From Arcanobacterium sp. (GTDB taxonomy: Bacteria; Actinomycetota; Actinomycetes; Actinomycetales; Actinomycetaceae): a DNA stretch of 64,000 bases. How positions within the stretch are numbered: the stretch's first letter is position 1; each line of letters begins with the position of its first letter. The DNA is taken from contig JALELI010000125.1 of NCBI GenBank assembly GCA_022768785.1, positions 1,865 through 65,864 on the forward strand, read 5' to 3'. The position numbers and the translations under genes were made by a program. Shown here in pieces: positions 58,992-64,000 of the stretch. The notes under the pieces are model-generated. The model saw only the letters and a program-made list of their open reading frames with translations, was not told the origin of the DNA and ran no database searches.

Positions 58992-59290
58992 CGGGCTATC
59001 AGATTGGGGATATATAAGAGAGCCTTAATATAAAGGCGCACCAACTAAAGGGGCCACCAACTCTCATGCTGGGGCCTTGCAGGGCTTGTTACCCTAGCAC
59101 TTCTCCTAACGGCTGTAGAGGCCTGGCTGCTAGAGCGCTTGCTGTTTAGGGTTCCCGCGTTAGGGTGCCGTGGGGCCTATCGCCTCAGCTGCGTAGCGCC
59201 GTTTGCGCGGCGGGCACTGCTCTGCTGAACTGCCCTGCAGTAACGGAGCGAACGCCGTCACTCCCGCTACTTCCGCCGTCACTACAGTGG

Positions 59291-59572
59291 CTACTTCCAC
59301 CCCATAGTCATCAAGAATCCCGCGATCATCAACACCACACCGAGCAGCAGATTCCAGTTTCCAGCACCTGGGATCGGAAGCTGCATTCCCGATTGTGCCG
59401 TCACATACGCCATCACCACAATAATGAGCCCAACAATCGCGAGCGTCACCATCAGCGGAGCCCACCATTTGGGGGAGCGCAGTTGCTTCTCTGCTTTCGG
59501 ACGGCGTGCCTGGGCGTTTGCCTGAGCCTTGCGCTGCTCAACCACTTTTTTGCGTTTCTTTGATTCGGGCAT
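59291..59572 (-). CDS. crgA: Cell division protein CrgA
   Basis: MPESKKRK...SPKWWAPLMV...GNWNL..G..LM..GF.M...WK. Confidence 0.92.
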   Translation of the reverse strand: MPESKKRKKVVEQRKAQANAQARRPKAEKQLRSPKWWAPLMVTLAIVGLIIVVMAYVTAQSGMQLPIPGAGNWNLLLGVVLMIAGFLMTMGWK

Positions 59573-59721
59573 CGTGAATCCTCGCTTCGTATCCCAACGA
59601 TCTAAAAGTAAGGGTATCTGCACGAAGAGCTAAAAGCGAAAAAATCTTTTCACTCAACTAGAATAAAAAAGGATAATTTGCGTTGCCACAATTGCACGGT
59701 GGCAGCTGGCATGGAGGGTAT

Positions 59722-60582
59722 ATGAGCGCAGGAAGCACAAAGAAAAAAGTGAGTGTGCCACTCACAATTCTCGGTGTGCTAGGCGAACTGATGATTTGTG
59801 CCGGCGTGGTGCTTGGCCTTTTCGTGGTATGGCAAGTGTGGTGGACTAATCTGGAAATGGGCGGCCAGCAAGATGAAATTGTGGCTGCCACTCGCGCTCA
59901 ATTTGGAGCAGTTAATCCGCATAAGATTGGCCAACCACAGGCGGGAGATCCCCCAGTGATTGCCGCGCACGCGGCCCACAATGCCACTCTCGGATTAATG
60001 CACATTCCGCGCTTAGCGGGCAAGCAGACCACAGCAATCCGTGAAGGAGAATCTCTCGATGTGCTGCATGCAGGAGTGTTTGGGCATTATAAAAACACCG
60101 TGATGCCTGGCGCTAAAGGTAATTTTTCCACTGCGATTCACCGCGATTCCTATGGATCGCGCGTATTGCATATTGACGATCTGCGAGTGGGAGATCCCAT
60201 TGTGGTGGAAACGCCAGAAGCCTGGCTCGTTTATAAGTTTACGGATTATGAGATCGTCGATCCCACCGATGTATATGTGGTGAGCCCGGATCCTTATGCG
60301 GCTAAGAAGAGCCCAAATCCCAATAAAGCAGCAGTTGAACCCTCTGGGCGATATCTCACGATCACCACATGTCACCCACCTTTTGTGAGCAATAAGCGGT
60401 GGATCGTGCACGCCAAATTTGATTACTGGGTGAAACACTCTGATGGCATGCCCGCAGAGCTCGCACACCCCAATGGGCAGAGCGCGATCAAAGCCACCGG
60501 CACCACGATTCGAGATGCCGTTAACGACAGCCTGAATTCGGTGCAGAAATCGCTATCCCCAGCAGCTACAAAGGAGCACTGA
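59722..60582 (+). CDS. srtE: Class E sortase
   Basis: N-terminal TM; AIHRD (His), ITTCHP (Cys), NKRWIV (Arg). Confidence 0.88.
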   Translation: MSAGSTKKKVSVPLTILGVLGELMICAGVVLGLFVVWQVWWTNLEMGGQQDEIVAATRAQFGAVNPHKIGQPQAGDPPVIAAHAAHNATLGLMHIPRLAGKQTTAIREGESLDVLHAGVFGHYKNTVMPGAKGNFSTAIHRDSYGSRVLHIDDLRVGDPIVVETPEAWLVYKFTDYEIVDPTDVYVVSPDPYAAKKSPNPNKAAVEPSGRYLTITTCHPPFVSNKRWIVHAKFDYWVKHSDGMPAELAHPNGQSAIKATGTTIRDAVNDSLNSVQKSLSPAATKEH

Positions 60583-60740
60583 TGTTTGAGGCAATCTGGC
60601 GGCATCTGCCTGGCCCACGGTGGGTGAAAGCCATCGAATCACTGATTATCTTTCTCGTGATTGTGGCAGTGCTCTTTGAAGTGGTGTTTCCGTGGGTGGC
60701 GGCCAACACCCGCATCTTGGATAACGTGGTGGCGAACTAG
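60582..60740 (+). CDS. Small single-pass membrane protein (52 aa, not in ORF track)
   Basis: AAGGAG RBS; TGATG overlap with the sortase stop; MFEAIWRHLPGPRWVKAIESLIIFLVIVAVLFEVVFPWVAANTRILDNVVAN. Confidence 0.8.
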   Translation: MFEAIWRHLPGPRWVKAIESLIIFLVIVAVLFEVVFPWVAANTRILDNVVAN

Positions 60741-60995
60741 CAGTTTCACCTCAGCGGGCCAATTTTTCCCACCCTGTAAATCGTAAATCCCCACCCTTCA
60801 AGCGGTAGCGTGCGCCAAACAGCTGCAGAGCCGCCCCTCTGTAGGAGGCCTCTCTGGTAGGAGATCTTCTGCAAAGGGCGTAGAAAAGGCCACTGTAGCT
60901 GGCATGGGATAGCGGCTGGGCGGCAAGCACAGCAGCTACAGCTAGGCGAAAACCGCAGTCTATGAGGCTCCTCTATGGGAGGCGCTACTCAAAAA

Positions 60996-62882
60996 TCAGT
61001 TAGTTTTGTTGGTTCCAGTGGAGCCCCCTGTGCCGCCAGAACCGTTGCCGGATCCCGAGCCGTTCTGCCCACCTGTAGATTCACCTGGTTGAGCTGGCTG
61101 ATCTGGCGTTGGCGCCGGTGGCGGAGTGGGAGTAGGCACTGGCCCCAACGAAACAGTGAGTTTCACACGGGTATTGTATGGTTGTTTGCCAGCTCCAGGG
61201 CTCTGATCAATCACGGTGCCCTCGGGCTCTTTAGAATTCACACGGTCCGTGTCGAACTGCAGCTTCAGCGTGGTGAGTGCTTTCTGTGCGTCGTCAAGCG
61301 ACATTCCTACAAGCGATGTGAGAGTTACTTCGCCCGAAGCAACTGAAAGCTGGATCGGAGTATCTTTTGTTACTGTTGTGCCTTTAGCTGGATCAGTTTG
61401 CACCACAGTGTCTTTAGCCATACCAGGTTCATCAACGGTGTTGGTGTTCCCCGCTGTGAGCCCAGCTTTCTGTAAAACGTCTCGCGCCTCCTGCTGGGTG
61501 AGGCCAGCGACGTCGGGCACGGCGACCTTCCCTTTGCCCGCAGAGAAATGCACGGTAACGGTGGATCCTGGCTTCACGAGTGCTCCGATAATCGGATCCG
61601 AGGAAACGTAGAGCCCCTCTGCAATTTTGTCGTCTTCCACGGCACTGCCCACGGCGATCTTGAGGCCGGCATCTTGCAGTGCGGAGGTGGCAGCGGTTTG
61701 ATCTTTTCCTTCGAGATTGGGCACTTTCACCATTGTGACGGCGGGTTGGTGAGTTCCTAAAATACCGGAGCTCACAATTGCGAACCCGAGCCCCCCAATT
61801 GCGGCGAGTACCACCAGCACGATAAGCGTCACCCACAAGCCTTTGTGAGAGCGGCGCTCCTCTTCCACAGCGGGAGTGATATCAGTGGTGGTGGTGATAA
61901 AAGAATCGTGAACGGGGTTTGCAGTTGGAATCACCGGATTGACGGCAGTGCTGGCGCCACTTGCCACCAGCGTAGGGGCACTAATGCGGGTTTCCCAAGT
62001 GCCAATAGCAGGAGCTTCCACCGGTTCCCCGCGCACGGCTGCCAGGAGATCGCCGCGCATCTCGGCCGCCGTCTGATAGCGCTCGTCACGTTTCTTTGCC
62101 AGTGATTTCATCACCACGCGATCAATTGCCTCGGGGATATCCGGAGCCACAGATGAAGGAGCTTTGGGCTGTTCTGAAACGTGCTGATAAGCCACTGCCA
62201 CTGCAGAATCCCCTTGGAACGGTGGCTTCCCCGTGAGTAATTCATAGAGTAAACACCCTGTGGAATACAGATCGGAGCGGGCATCTACCACTTCTCCGCG
62301 CGCCTGCTCGGGAGAGAGATATTGAGCTGTGCCCACCACGGAGTTTGTGGAGGTCATGGTGGCAGAAGAATCGGCCACCGCGCGAGCGATACCGAAATCC
62401 ATCACTTTCACTTTGCCATCTTGCGTGATCATGATATTGCCGGGCTTGATGTCGCGGTGAATGATGCCTTCGTAGTGGGAATACTCCAATGCGGAGAGCA
62501 CTCCCACTGTAATCTGCACAGCTTCGTTGATCGGAAGTGCCTGGCCATTGCCGAGCAGCTTAGAAACGGTGCGGCCTTTCACATACTACATCACGATATA
62601 GGGGAGGGCTACAGTACGGCCGTTCTCGCTGAGTACTTTTTCTTCGCCGGTATCATAAATAGCTACGATTGCCGGGTGGTTAAGGGCAGCAGCTGACTGT
62701 GCTTCGCGCCGAAAACGCGCTAAAAAAGTGGGGTCGGAAGCTAGATCTGAGCGCAGCACTTTAATCGCCACTGTGCGCGAAAGGCGGGTGTCGTATCCGA
62801 TATGCACTTGTGCCATACCGCCACGCCCAATGAGGTCGCCCACCTCATATCGTCCGCCAAGAATGTGTGGGATATCCGTCAT
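60996..62882 (-). pseudogene. pknB: PASTA Ser/Thr kinase PknB interrupted by an in-frame TAG at codon 99 (62586-62588)
   Basis: GRGGMA, VAIKVL, then YIVM-TAG-YVKG, then HRDIKPGN, DFGIAR, GTAQYLSPEQ, TM and 3 PASTA repeats, all in one frame. Confidence 0.9.
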
Positions 62883-63064
62883 ACGAGAGCACTCCTTATA
62901 CGGCGCCGAGCTACACGTGCGCCATCTTCGTTAATACTGCACCATCTGTGTTGTGGATTGCATCTGTGGAATGTTGCGATTGCATTACAAAGGTCTGTGA
63001 GGCATGGGCCTACAAACCGAGAGTGATGATTCTTTCTGCGTAAAAAGTTCGTGCGATACATCAT
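62879..63064 (-). CDS. Putative 61-aa ORF in the pknA position
   Basis: ATGA overlap with the pbpA stop and ATGA overlap with the pknB start; no recognisable homology. Confidence 0.4.
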   Translation of the reverse strand: MMYRTNFLRRKNHHSRFVGPCLTDLCNAIATFHRCNPQHRWCSINEDGARVARRRIRSALV

Positions 63065-64000
63065 GAGGTGGCCGCCTGAATCACTTGTGCAGCAATCGGT
63101 GCTGCCGTCACCCCGCCAGTGCCGCCATGCTCTACAAACACGGCCACCGCCACTCGCGATTTCTCGGCAGCTTCAAAGCCGATATACCACGCGTGGTTAT
63201 CTCCAGAGTTTTCGGCTGTGCCGGTCTTCCCAGCAGTGTTCACTCCGGCCACCGCTGCGCTGGGATTATGGCTCACCACATCTTTCATCATTGATGTGAG
63301 TTGATCAGCTGTGGTGCGAGAAATCGGCTCGGAAAAAACAGTGGGGGTGGTTTGAGCCACTACCGCTAAATCTGCTGTGAGAGTTTGATCCACCAAATAA
63401 GGTTTCATCAAAGTGCCGTGATTCGCCACGGCCGCAGCCACCATTGCCATCTGCAGAGGGCTCGCCTGGATATCCTTTTGCCCGAAAGAATCCAGGGCTA
63501 GTGCAGCTTGATCAGCAGGCTGCGGGAATCGAGATGCGCGAGTGGGCATACCGATATCGAGATCCTGGCCGAAACCGTATAGCTTCGCTTTGTCGAGCAG
63601 CTTCTGTGCGCCCACTTTTACACCTCCGGCAGCGAAAGTGGTGTTGCAGGAGAGCACGAGAGCAGTGCGCAGAGTAGCTTTGCCGGAGCCATCTCCGCAC
63701 ACTCCCACAGCGTTGCGCACTTGGGTGTTGGTGCCAGGCAAAGTGTATGCCGTGGGAGCATCTACCAATGAATCTGGAGTGAGGCCAGATTCCAGCATGG
63801 CACTGGCAGTGATGATCTTAAATGTGGAGCCTGGCGGGTAGAGATCTCCGCCAATGGCGCGATTCAGCAGGGGGTTGTTCTTATCAGCTTGATAGGAATC
63901 CCAAGCCTTTTCTGCAGTGGCATACGTGTGGCTTGCGAGCTGATTGGGATCGAAACTTGGGGAAGACACCAATGCCAAGATCTTTCCGGTGGTGGGCTCA
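63061..64000 (-). CDS. pbpA: Class B penicillin-binding protein PbpA (3' part; start outside window)
   Basis: PGSTFK (SxxK), LSCN (SxN), GKTGTA (KTG) all intact. Confidence 0.92.
   Translation of the reverse strand, partial: EPTTGKILALVSSPSFDPNQLASHTYATAEKAWDSYQADKNNPLLNRAIGGDLYPPGSTFKIITASAMLESGLTPDSLVDAPTAYTLPGTNTQVRNAVGVCGDGSGKATLRTALVLSCNTTFAAGGVKVGAQKLLDKAKLYGFGQDLDIGMPTRASRFPQPADQAALALDSFGQKDIQASPLQMAMVAAAVANHGTLMKPYLVDQTLTADLAVVAQTTPTVFSEPISRTTADQLTSMMKDVVSHNPSAAVAGVNTAGKTGTAENSGDNHAWYIGFEAAEKSRVAVAVFVEHGGTGGVTAAPIAAQVIQAATS

Noticed and set aside
60996-62882. Genome-wide amber recoding or pyrrolysine as the cause of the pknB TAG
   Set aside because: Many genes in the window (recF, dnaN, trxB, cca, ssb, crgA) end at TAG at their expected lengths; no pyl genes seen
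1-64000. IS elements, integrases, prophage genes, CRISPR arrays, toxin-antitoxin or defence systems
   Set aside because: No ORF with transposase, recombinase, phage, Cas or defence motifs, and no repeat-spacer array was seen

Overview
64 kb spanning the chromosomal replication origin of a high-GC Gram-positive bacterium. Gene content and protein signatures suggest the family Actinomycetaceae (Arcanobacterium/Trueperella-like; inference). Left of oriC: dnaA-dnaN-recF-DUF721-gyrB-gyrA(partial), all on the minus strand. Right of oriC: rpmH-rnpA-yidD-yidC-jag-rsmG-parA-parB with two perfect parS sites, ddl-like/aminotransferase/trxB, a stand-alone pseudokinase, DUF6049, NUDIX, the CCA enzyme, an AI-2E transporter, a class A PBP, rpsF-ssb-rpsR-rplI, an accessory cassette of two organophosphate-type MFS transporters plus a GntR regulator, dnaB, a sialic-acid catabolic cluster (nanE, nanK, nanA, ABC transporter, nanR, DUF4862), miscellaneous enzymes, and the ppiA-rhomboid-crgA-srtE-pknB-pbpA division cluster. 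No IS, prophage, CRISPR, rRNA or tRNA was recognised. The most notable observations concern cell-wall synthesis and signalling. pknB has an in-frame TAG at the kinase hinge. A 61-codon ORF, ATGA-coupled at both ends, occupies the pknA slot. The PonA-position PBP has lost its SxN, KTG and glycosyltransferase motifs. murJ is missing from its usual slot, leaving its pseudokinase neighbour alone. Other observations: a dense second DnaA-box cluster in front of dnaB, an 89-bp duplicated rplI fragment at the edge of the MFS cassette, and a shared palindromic operator tying DUF4862 to the Nan regulon.
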